33,146 nucleotides of DNA from a virus (Duplodnaviria; Heunggongvirae; Uroviricota; Caudoviricetes). Positions 24,601 through 31,558 of the stretch are shown piece by piece; position 1 is the stretch's first letter; every line of letters starts with the position of its first letter. The DNA lies in the IMG/VR virus record IMGVR_UViG_3300034102_002845; one strand, written 5' to 3'. The notes under the pieces are model-generated. The model saw only the letters and a list, made by a program, of their open reading frames with translations. It was not told the DNA's origin and made no database searches. Both the position numbers and the translations under genes were made by a program.

Positions 24601-25254
24601 CCATACGTGGAGAACTCGGCAGGACAATTTGTTCCCCCCTCTCCGTATGTGACCGGGATCGCAGCTCGCCGTTACCGCTCCGAAGGGTTCCAGTTCCCCC
24701 CTGCAGGTACCAAGTACCAACTCGCAGACGCTGCTGGCGTTCAAATTTCTGTGAACTCGGCTCAGCAAAACTTGCTTAACCCAGATGGTTGTAACGTTCT
24801 TCGTTCCTTGCCAGGGTACCCCAACACTGCGGTGTTCGTCTGGGGCGGTCGCACTCGAATTAACAAAGCCGTCGCTGATCAGCGTAAGTTCCAATTTGTG
24901 AACACTCGTGTGATTCAGAACGTGGTTTATGGATCCCTTCGTAATGCTTTCGACAACCAGATCTTCTCGGTTGTTGACGGGTTTGGTATTGTGTTCAACC
25001 AAATTGTTTCCATTGGGAATAGTGTTCTGAGTCAGCTTTACCTTTCCGGTGCACTCTTCGGTGCGAGACCCTCGGACGCATTCCAAGTGATTTGTGACGA
25101 GCGCATTAACAGCGGGGGAAACCTCGAGAACGGTGTTGTGTTTGTGAAGGTGTTTGACACCCCCGTACCAACACTGGAAAGAATCGAGGTTGATCTTATT
25201 CGCGTCTCTGTTGGCCAAATGAACAGAGAACTTGATTCTCAGGGCCTAGGTTGA
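21601..25254 (+). CDS. contractile tail sheath protein (1217 aa, large insertion)
   Basis: N-terminal PGAPGTYINE; C-terminal PPSPYVTGIAAR..PPAG..GCNVLR..VWGGRT..FVNTRVI..F..V..+P.LERI; AAGGAGG SD before ATG 21601. Confidence 0.9.
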   Translation: MATFSFGTGIVPGAPGTYINERVGNVASTGIASFNTTYMLVETEEDVTVARFPFNTPVPVSSLTDYKALVGKVPETRIPLLSYNCVNAFFLNAQVGDLRVVRVGTPNQIVEIEILPSGSKISSTGLPSTLKAGDVVYAQLILNGLKLVAGDGSNGYTSEGEWLGVPTVIPVDYISGDKVNNRKISAAISSSIAAAIQSNPSVSSAIFVRDSGLANDLLPSSNSESGYVTIAAATYDGSVSVVTEQLPVGAQKVLMQTAYSIQNVVGLQNNLERVPQDYVQCINTAFDGQANQGYLVTPTAYAQFDAEGRSLVGAAAAAHCQDNNFKWMAAADPGSFLVTDVNKYKEYTPHQPAEDLVTDNLYLVDNAIYQWKGEEVTYDRLKHQTLVPGYDPKVAVQSSVEGVAEGETVGLLDLAKFTVTSSASLANRGVFALGSSTVWPVDYQIQRVTLSGLGADFLPLLPLGETSTEVYFVAPPLSSAQYGTYPSDGQVQYVYIAQTSTQAVSILAEVTALGGTSAALNAPLTPSGAFSVASPTSSTAQATYTTPQWDLPVTIEGQTSNLIHNLTGAPAFVNTLHLPGSLQNTTDDYRLSFVSRSLFNPSTVLSSSTVPGYTGAASFGVTSHKLVNGQKLFFTKPILAGTATLFKATVRNNLQAYYVKVIDPDKFVLATSSSNYLAGSYVPYPVGMVSISTSPTILYTSVLGGGLTTVNLSELSVVPLVRGRKYGLASGTIADRAYDHNLLTANDDPTVSLYLNSSPLVIGSEHVYPYGETANAGWLPSLELVGPGETSTSVENFLCTPTVDQNFSSEAHIVPVIDPIFGGNFSASTTVVLGKLVSVTPYVTACGLLVDSTGVAIQAALSKLSGVYFNVTVAPANSVAPDGVTRVVVGDRLAVTFDGSSYSWVVVPANTLGGDLSTVSTVCYGSQVEFALTPEQTPSTNLWRFETITSTEIIDEALRGVGFAGEPQAVFVEAGVDNVNRLFEDSQRYFNAFGFIAFYGPYVENSAGQFVPPSPYVTGIAARRYRSEGFQFPPAGTKYQLADAAGVQISVNSAQQNLLNPDGCNVLRSLPGYPNTAVFVWGGRTRINKAVADQRKFQFVNTRVIQNVVYGSLRNAFDNQIFSVVDGFGIVFNQIVSIGNSVLSQLYLSGALFGARPSDAFQVICDERINSGGNLENGVVFVKVFDTPVPTLERIEVDLIRVSVGQMNRELDSQGLG

Positions 25255-25257
25255 AAA

Positions 25258-25539
25258 ATGAGTGAGTTAACAGACAAGGAAGTAAATCTACAGATTCCTG
25301 ACTCACTCTTCTTCTCACTTACAAGAAAAGCAAAACAGCAGGGTGTCTCAATTGAGGCACTCTGTGTTTCTTTACTTAACGGAGAGCAAGTTTTCGTAGA
25401 GCCATCCCTGTACCCTTCGATGGGTAACGGGGACTTACGAGCAGAAATTCAAAAGCTTATGCAAAGCTCCCTACCGAAAGACGAGGTGAATAAGCGAGTG
25501 CGGAAGTTGGAAGCACAACTCTTGAGGCTAATACGATGA
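25258..25539 (+). CDS. ribbon-helix-helix-like DNA-binding protein (putative)
   Basis: VNLQIPDSLF..L..KAKQQGVSIEALC..LL. Confidence 0.55.
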   Translation: MSELTDKEVNLQIPDSLFFSLTRKAKQQGVSIEALCVSLLNGEQVFVEPSLYPSMGNGDLRAEIQKLMQSSLPKDEVNKRVRKLEAQLLRLIR

Positions 25540-25913
25540 CGGTACCACAAACTTTATCGACAACGGTGCGAGGTTTGTCTTACCCGCTAAGGGTGCTGAA
25601 TGGAAACTTAGCCACAAGTACGGACTATGACTTGAAGACGCAGGAAATTCGAAGTGTCGTTGAAACGAGGTTCTTTGAGCGAGTAATGAGGGCGGACTAC
25701 GGCGTCGGAGACCACACCCTCGACATAATCGACCCCGGACAAATTAACTCAGAGTTTCAAAATTCGATACAAACCCATGTGTCCGGGTTGTCGTCCCTCG
25801 TCGTGAAAGGGGACTGGATCACCTCGGGAGAGGACGGAATATACAAAGTGTACATAATTTATCAAGTCAACGGGATACCTCAACCGCCGCTTGAATTCTC
25901 CCTCGGAAACTAA
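25536..25913 (+). CDS. baseplate wedge protein, GPW/gp25 family
   Basis: GLSYPL....G.L....D.......IRSV+ETR..ERVMR.DYG. Confidence 0.85.
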   Translation: MTVPQTLSTTVRGLSYPLRVLNGNLATSTDYDLKTQEIRSVVETRFFERVMRADYGVGDHTLDIIDPGQINSEFQNSIQTHVSGLSSLVVKGDWITSGEDGIYKVYIIYQVNGIPQPPLEFSLGN

Positions 25914-25915
25914 GC

Positions 25916-25924
25916 GGGTAAAAC
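25916..25924 (+). promoter_or_regulatory. GGGTAAAAC motif, putative late promoter
   Basis: Intergenic, 59 nt upstream of the portal. Confidence 0.55.
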
Positions 25925-25974
25925 CTATACAGGAAATAAATGCCGAAACCAAACGCGTGTGAAAAGAGGTAACT

Positions 25975-27462
25975 TTGGCAAATAGGTTCAAGACAGCTCC
26001 GGTACCGAAGGGGGAGATCTCAAGTTATACGAGCGACCCTTATAACTTATCCAGTATTTACATGTTTGGGAGCTCTTCTCCCTTTACTGGATCCGGAAAT
26101 AGCATCGTTCGACCAAGTGACGACCTTCTCATCCAGAAGGGAGGGAACCGTGCGCTTTCCGTCTATCAGCGGCTTTTCTTTGACGAGCACGTACAAAGTT
26201 CGTTCTCAAAGTTAGTTCAAGAGGTTGTATCGAGACCGTGGTACGTTGAGGAATACAGCTCAAAGCCTGGCGATACTGCAGTAAGGGACTTCGTAGCAGA
26301 AATCCTCGAAGAATTACCCTTAGACGAGATATATAAGGGACTTGCTGAAGCCCTTATCGTGGGGTTTAGTGTTGGCGAAATAATGTGGAAGAAATCAAAA
26401 CGCGGGGTAATACCCTTTGACATAAGAATTAGAGACCAGCGCCGATTTGTTTTCCAAGAAGCGGAAGACTCACAAACGGGCTTCACAATGAGGTGCTTAA
26501 CCTTCAATCGTATGTTTGAGGGGGTTGAGCTCCCTGCTCGAAAATTCGTCGTAAATCGCTACTGGACTCAGCACAACGGGGACCCATACGGAACTTCGCT
26601 AGGGCGAGTTCTTTACCCCCTGGTGAAATTCCGAAGAAGAGCCCTTGAGTCCTACGTTCTTTACGGGGACCGGTATGCGACACCCACAGCTGTTGCGACT
26701 GCACCCTTGAGCGCGTCTTCTGCCGAAATTGACACGATCTATGACCACATCTCAAACTTATCTCAGGAAACTGCGCTAATTTTGCCGGAAGGGTACAAGC
26801 TTGAGTTTGTCAACCCGAGCGGAACTCCGGATGTGTTTAAGGGACTGATTGACTATATCGACAAGGAAATTAGCCTCATACTTTGCGGGGAAAACGAGGC
26901 TGGGCAAGCTGAGTCTGGATCCAGAGCTTCTTCACAGGTTGCAAACGTTGTTCGAGTTGTGAAGGCAGCGGAAATTTCCGAAGCGATCTCTCACACTTTA
27001 ACTCGCACTCTGGTACGATGGATTGTAGACCTTAACTTCGGTGTAGACGTTGCAGCGCCAAGCCTCACAAGGGAGTTTCGAATTGAGGAGTCTTCCCTCA
27101 ATGCCACCGACCTGGGAGCCCTTATCGACAAGGGGTACAAACCGCGTAGGGAGTGGGTTGGGAGGCATTTTCGTATTGAGCTTGAAGACGAAGCACCTGA
27201 GTTCACGACGAAAGAGGAAGAGGGGAATACCACGTTCAACCCAGACGAAGACGAGGATCTCTACGGGTCTATTTTTGGTGCTGACGGAGAGTACCCTGAA
27301 GAAATTTCAGAGGGTGACAACGAGCCAAAGCCGGAGGAAGAACCATCCGGTGAGCAAACCACGTACAACCCTGAAGAGGACGGAAACCTTTACGACTCAG
27401 TGTTCGGGAATGACTTAGAACCCGCTGAAGAAGGCGAAAAGAAGGGTAAAAAACGTGTATGA
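25975..27462 (+). CDS. portal protein, DUF935 / Mu gp29 family
   Basis: DEHV.S...K....V....W, GFSVGEI.W, RDQRRF.F, GDPYG..L...LY, RYA.P, I...+.GE; acidic C-terminal tail; TTG start after GAGG. Confidence 0.88.
   Translation: MANRFKTAPVPKGEISSYTSDPYNLSSIYMFGSSSPFTGSGNSIVRPSDDLLIQKGGNRALSVYQRLFFDEHVQSSFSKLVQEVVSRPWYVEEYSSKPGDTAVRDFVAEILEELPLDEIYKGLAEALIVGFSVGEIMWKKSKRGVIPFDIRIRDQRRFVFQEAEDSQTGFTMRCLTFNRMFEGVELPARKFVVNRYWTQHNGDPYGTSLGRVLYPLVKFRRRALESYVLYGDRYATPTAVATAPLSASSAEIDTIYDHISNLSQETALILPEGYKLEFVNPSGTPDVFKGLIDYIDKEISLILCGENEAGQAESGSRASSQVANVVRVVKAAEISEAISHTLTRTLVRWIVDLNFGVDVAAPSLTREFRIEESSLNATDLGALIDKGYKPRREWVGRHFRIELEDEAPEFTTKEEEGNTTFNPDEDEDLYGSIFGADGEYPEEISEGDNEPKPEEEPSGEQTTYNPEEDGNLYDSVFGNDLEPAEEGEKKGKKRV
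27229..27407 (+). repeat. two degenerate copies of TT(F/Y)NP(D/E)ED..LY.S(I/V)FG.D in the portal C-terminus
   Basis: Copies start at 27229 and 27358. Confidence 0.75.
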
Positions 27463-30038
27463 GTACAACGAGTAGCAAAGTGTTTTCAAAACGTGTTCAT
27501 GTTTTTACGGCGGGACCCCAGGTTTCTGCCCAGGGCGTAGAAAGGGACTTCACACCCCAAGACCTTCAGCAAGTTGTTGATTCCTACGACCCCCAAACAC
27601 ATGAGGCACCCCTTGTTATTGGTCATACTGGGGACAACGACAGTGTTCCTTCTTTCGGGTGGGTCAAAAAGTTGGTCAGGAGCGGAGAGAAGCTATACGC
27701 AGACGTCGACTTCACTGACACTGCTAAAGATTTGGTGAAAAAAGGGCATTACCGCAAAGTCTCCATATCCTTCTACTCTCCAAACTCTCCAATTAACCCC
27801 CATGAGGGACAGTGGAGCGTCCGGCACTTGGCACTTTTGGGGGCGTCGCCCCCTGCGGTTAAGGGCTTGGAGCCTTTCTCGTTCTCTGAGGAAGGTGACG
27901 GAGTGTTCAACTTCGCTTCAACCCTCTCTCCCGAAGAAATCTTTGACGATGAGCTCGGCCCCACACTTCTTGTTGAGCGAGGCCCGTTGGAAATCCTAAA
28001 GGAAAAGCTTGAGGAAATTCGTGGAGACATGAGTTCTTCTCTTCAAGAGCTACAAGAAAACCAAGACGATCAGACTGAAACAGACGTCGATTCGACACAA
28101 ACTACAAATTCGGCGGATGAAAGTACCGCCCCCGAAAACCCTAACCAGCAATTTTCCGAAATGAAAAAGAAAATGGGGCGTGAAGGAGCTGAAGTCTCCG
28201 AATCCGCTCAAAGTCTAGCAAACATGGAAGACAAATTTCCAGAAGAGAAGTTCGACGAAGGAGTCTCTCGCAAAGTTGCGAAGGGTGCTCACGGCCACCA
28301 TGTACAAGTTGTGGAAGAGGTTTTTGAAGAAGGCGACGAAGAACTCTCGGACGAACACCGCGAGATTCCCGCTGCTTTCAGGAAAAATATCGCTAAGATG
28401 AAGGCTAAGCACAAAGCCCACGATGAGGACGGGGAAGATGATGAAGACGAACTTTCCGAGGAACACCGAGAAGTTCCTGCGGCTTTCAAGAAAAATATCG
28501 CTAAGATGAAGGCCAAGACAGCGAAGGTGGAAGAATCCGACGAGGAAGATTCTGAGGGCGACTACGCTGAGGTAGGGTTTAAGAAAACTGCGAACAGACA
28601 GGCATCATTTGGAAAACGTGCTGAGAAGGATTCAGGGGATCCAGCTGGTCGTTCTAAAACAGCACGGTCATCCGACGATAGCTACGGGGACCGTCAGTCG
28701 GTTGGACAAGGGGATGAGGAAGACCGCGAAGGTTTGACTTCAGACGTGACGCAAGACACGGACCGTTTAAACACTGCTAAGGACGGTGACCAGGAGCAAG
28801 ACCGAGAAGAGCTGGCGAAAGCACTCGACGGTGAAGGGGACGAAGATTCCCGTTGGGCCGACCAACCTGAGGGTCGCCGCCGTTCAATGGAAGACGACCA
28901 GTACAACGACGGTGAGTACGGCCTCCCCGGAAGAAACAAGCCGGGAACCTCCGATGGAAACGACCCCCACGGTCGAGACGGCGGGCCAACAACCGTCTCT
29001 GAGGACTCTGAGGAAGAGCCCGACACCGAAGATATTGCTGTGCCGCTTCAGAGCACCAAAGGCAACAAAGTTTCTCGCGTTCTCCACCAAACCTCTGGAC
29101 AAAAGAGGGCGTCGGTCAAAGGTAAGGAAATTGCGGATCACAGCGAAGAGTCCGACGGTGTTACACGAACTGCAAAAAAGGCAGGTGTTTCTGCGGGGAA
29201 CGATCCCCACGGTCGCGAAGACGGACCCACAAACTTCCCAGACCGGTCCGAGGAAGAGCCGGACGACCTCGACATTGCTGTCGACCTAGAAAGTGTCGTT
29301 GGTAGTCGCAAAGTTCGTGTGCTGCGTCAGCGATCGGGTGAAAAGCCTTCGATCGACCACGCTGAAGACGACGATCTTGACATGGAAGAGTGTGGGACTT
29401 CCAGGAAAGTTTCTCGCAAGTTCGCAGAACGCGATCCAATGACTCGAACCGGAAAGGGCTCGACTTACGGGCAAAAGCGTCCCGCTATGGAAGAGGATCC
29501 GGACGAGGATGGCGACCGTGACGACAACGAATTCGCTGAAACTGACGACTTCTGCGGAATGGGGTCAATGGGACAGGCTAAGCCCATGGGATATCCGGTT
29601 CAAATGTTCGAGGAGTTCCAACGCGAGCTGGAAAATCTTAAGAATGAAAATTCTCGCCTGAAGAGAGAGTACCAGGAGCATCAGACCAAAACACGTAAGC
29701 AACGCATCGCCGACTTTGTTGACAGCCTCTACACCGAAGGAAAGATGACCGACGGAGTAATTCCTCAGAGAGAGCTTCAAAACTACTGCGAAGGTCTTGA
29801 GTTCGGTACACTTGACTTCGCAGAAGGAGAAACTCCAACGACCAAGTTGTTTGCGCTGCTTGAGCGTTTGCCCAACATGGTTCACTTCGGTGAAGTTGTC
29901 GCAGAGGGACGTTTCAGTGACCCTGAAGATGACGAAGATCTAGACCCCCATTCTCGTGCAATGAAGATGGTTCAGGCTGGAGAGTGCGATTACGTTGAGG
30001 CAATCAAGCGTTCCATTCCTTGGGGAGGTCGGGGCTGA
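27459..30038 (+). CDS. Mu gpI-like prohead protease fused to a long acidic scaffold region
   Basis: YDP..HEAPLVIGH, FGWV..L, YRKVSISFY.P, RHLALLGA.PPAVKGL; acidic repeats; C-terminal coiled coil. Confidence 0.85.
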   Translation: MSTTSSKVFSKRVHVFTAGPQVSAQGVERDFTPQDLQQVVDSYDPQTHEAPLVIGHTGDNDSVPSFGWVKKLVRSGEKLYADVDFTDTAKDLVKKGHYRKVSISFYSPNSPINPHEGQWSVRHLALLGASPPAVKGLEPFSFSEEGDGVFNFASTLSPEEIFDDELGPTLLVERGPLEILKEKLEEIRGDMSSSLQELQENQDDQTETDVDSTQTTNSADESTAPENPNQQFSEMKKKMGREGAEVSESAQSLANMEDKFPEEKFDEGVSRKVAKGAHGHHVQVVEEVFEEGDEELSDEHREIPAAFRKNIAKMKAKHKAHDEDGEDDEDELSEEHREVPAAFKKNIAKMKAKTAKVEESDEEDSEGDYAEVGFKKTANRQASFGKRAEKDSGDPAGRSKTARSSDDSYGDRQSVGQGDEEDREGLTSDVTQDTDRLNTAKDGDQEQDREELAKALDGEGDEDSRWADQPEGRRRSMEDDQYNDGEYGLPGRNKPGTSDGNDPHGRDGGPTTVSEDSEEEPDTEDIAVPLQSTKGNKVSRVLHQTSGQKRASVKGKEIADHSEESDGVTRTAKKAGVSAGNDPHGREDGPTNFPDRSEEEPDDLDIAVDLESVVGSRKVRVLRQRSGEKPSIDHAEDDDLDMEECGTSRKVSRKFAERDPMTRTGKGSTYGQKRPAMEEDPDEDGDRDDNEFAETDDFCGMGSMGQAKPMGYPVQMFEEFQRELENLKNENSRLKREYQEHQTKTRKQRIADFVDSLYTEGKMTDGVIPQRELQNYCEGLEFGTLDFAEGETPTTKLFALLERLPNMVHFGEVVAEGRFSDPEDDEDLDPHSRAMKMVQAGECDYVEAIKRSIPWGGRG
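28335..28517 (+). repeat. tandem duplication ELS(D/E)EHRE(I/V)PAAF(R/K)KNIAKMKAK
   Basis: Two copies about 108 nt apart in the scaffold region. Confidence 0.85.
28956..29343 (+). repeat. two copies (240-nt period) of GNDPHGR..GPT...(D/R)SEEEPD..DIAV.L.S..G..K..RVL.Q.SG.K
   Basis: Copies start at 28956 and 29196. Confidence 0.8.
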
Positions 30039-30070
30039 TAGCTCCGATACTGCTGCCCGGAGATTAAGCT

Positions 30071-30778
30071 ATGGACCTTCTAACTTTGGTCGGGCAGGTA
30101 ACGAAAAAGCGAGCGGACTACTTCTCTCAAGCAGAGGTCTTAGCTCGCAAAGCGAAAACACAAGAGAAGCTGGAAAGTCTCATGACAAACCAGTCGAAAG
30201 TTCTTGTGAAGGCTTTGCGAGACAAGGATATTCGCTGGGATGAGTATTCTCGAACTTTGATTGATAAAACGCTGTCGGCAGCCCTCGCTGCCGTTTACCT
30301 GGGGGCAGGGAAAGCCGCACCGAAAGCAAAAGTCGAACGGGCCTGGGGCACTGTGACCGGGCAAATGCTCCCACCTTTGTTGGAATTCTTGAGCCAAACT
30401 GAACTAGCCTTAAACGACGGGACTCTAATGCTCGGCGACGACCGCATAAATTTCTCGGAAATTGATCTTAAAGACATTTACGAAGGAGACGAAGAGGTGT
30501 TCCCACCGAAGCCGAAAATGTCCTGGCTGAGCCTTGTTACCAGAGTCGTTCGCTACCTTGCAAACCCTTCCTACTCATTTTTCAACCTTGGTGACTCCTA
30601 CGTCAAACAAGAGCAGGGTTACCGGGAGATGCGGCGAGTGCCAGTATTGGACAGGAGAACTTGCCCCGACTGCATAAAGTTTGGGGAGATGGGGTGGCAG
30701 CCCTTTGGAACCCTGCCGATGCCGGGGCAAGAGTGCCGGTGCTACGATCGCTGCCGCTGCCGAATCGACTACCGTTGA
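30071..30778 (+). CDS. head morphogenesis protein, Mu gpF / SPP1 gp7-like
   Basis: C-terminal D.RTCPDC....GW.P.G.LP.PG..C.C...CRC.+.Y. Confidence 0.75.
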   Translation: MDLLTLVGQVTKKRADYFSQAEVLARKAKTQEKLESLMTNQSKVLVKALRDKDIRWDEYSRTLIDKTLSAALAAVYLGAGKAAPKAKVERAWGTVTGQMLPPLLEFLSQTELALNDGTLMLGDDRINFSEIDLKDIYEGDEEVFPPKPKMSWLSLVTRVVRYLANPSYSFFNLGDSYVKQEQGYREMRRVPVLDRRTCPDCIKFGEMGWQPFGTLPMPGQECRCYDRCRCRIDYR

Positions 30779-30819
30779 CTTTTAAACGAACTCACCATGG
30801 TTCAAACTAAGGTGAAGCA

Positions 30820-30828
30820 GGGTAAAAC
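30820..30828 (+). promoter_or_regulatory. GGGTAAAAC motif, putative late promoter
   Basis: Intergenic, 83 nt upstream of the decoration gene. Confidence 0.55.
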
Positions 30829-30902
30829 CTGATTAACTAAGCTAGGTGAAAAACAAGTCCTAGAGAAACCAACAAAACCAATAACCCTTTGAAAATATCA
30901 AA

Positions 30903-31376
30903 ATGGCCTTTAACATTGCACCAGTTTACGGTAAGCAATTCATTCGTTACGCGGAGACTTTCACAGCTGCTACTGACAACCAAGGTGGAACGGCTGGAGT
31001 CGTTGAAATTCCTGAGTTCGCAGTTGTTGCTTACGCAACCTACGCCGGAGCTAACAAAGTTTGCGCCCCTGGAAACCTGACCGCTTTTGATGGGAAGATT
31101 GTAGGCGTGAATCAGTCCTACATTCCCACAGCCCTTTCCCAACCTCGCACCGCTCGTCAAGCTTCTGTGGCCACCAGTGGCTCCTTGCTTGTTGAAGTGA
31201 GTGCCAGCGCCGTGGCCCCCTTCGTACTCAACGCCCAGCTTTCAGTTGGTGCTGACGGCAAGGCGCTACCCACTGCGAATACCGGGACCAACGTCACTCT
31301 TGACGGTACTATCCCGCTCATTCGTGAAATCGTGCGAATCGGCGGTCGCACTGTCTTGCTGGTTTCATTCGCCTGA
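30903..31376 (+). CDS. head decoration / capsid cement protein (DUF2190-like)
   Basis: Ala/Gly/Val beta-rich 157 aa; G....SV..SG...VE.......GA.L..GADGKA; lies between the head morphogenesis and capsid genes. Confidence 0.65.
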   Translation: MAFNIAPVYGKQFIRYAETFTAATDNQGGTAGVVEIPEFAVVAYATYAGANKVCAPGNLTAFDGKIVGVNQSYIPTALSQPRTARQASVATSGSLLVEVSASAVAPFVLNAQLSVGADGKALPTANTGTNVTLDGTIPLIREIVRIGGRTVLLVSFA

Positions 31377-31384
31377 GAAAAGCT

Positions 31385-31405
31385 GACGCATTTCGGTGCG
31401 TTTTT
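31385..31405 (+). terminator. rho-independent terminator-like hairpin 1
   Basis: GACGCAT-TTCG-GTGCGTT followed by a T run. Confidence 0.6.
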
Positions 31406-31408
31406 ACT

Positions 31409-31441
31409 AAGAGCCTTCAACTTTCGAGTTGGGGGCTTTTT
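31409..31441 (+). terminator. rho-independent terminator-like hairpin 2
   Basis: AAGAGCCTTCAACT-TTCG-AGTTGGGGGCTTTT(T), ~14-bp stem with G-U pairs. Confidence 0.65.
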
Positions 31442-31453
31442 CGTGAAAAAGAA

Positions 31454-31462
31454 GGGTATAAC
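31454..31462 (+). promoter_or_regulatory. GGGTATAAC variant, putative late promoter of the capsid gene
   Basis: Just after two terminators, 96 nt upstream of ATG 31550. Confidence 0.5.
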
Positions 31463-31549
31463 TACAGTGACCCCAAAGTTTTCGGACTCGCGGGTCAGAT
31501 TGCTTCGGCAATCTTTGAAGTCAACTTTACACACAAGGAAACATCTATT

Positions 31550-31558
31550 ATGATGAAT
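31550..31558 (+). CDS. probable major capsid protein, exon 1 (MMN)
   Basis: AAGGA SD upstream; ends in T at a P1 U-G pair (GAAU/GUUC). Confidence 0.75.

Noticed and set aside
25258-25539. RHH protein as another orphan (HicB-like) antitoxin
   Set aside because: Only a generic RHH pattern, located inside the late structural operon; more simply a regulator.
11672-30477. Many 60-220 aa alternative-frame and antisense ORFs overlapping gyrA, the polymerase, sheath, portal, protease and gpF
   Set aside because: They are fully nested in well-supported genes, lack motifs and SD sites, and are expected shadow ORFs.
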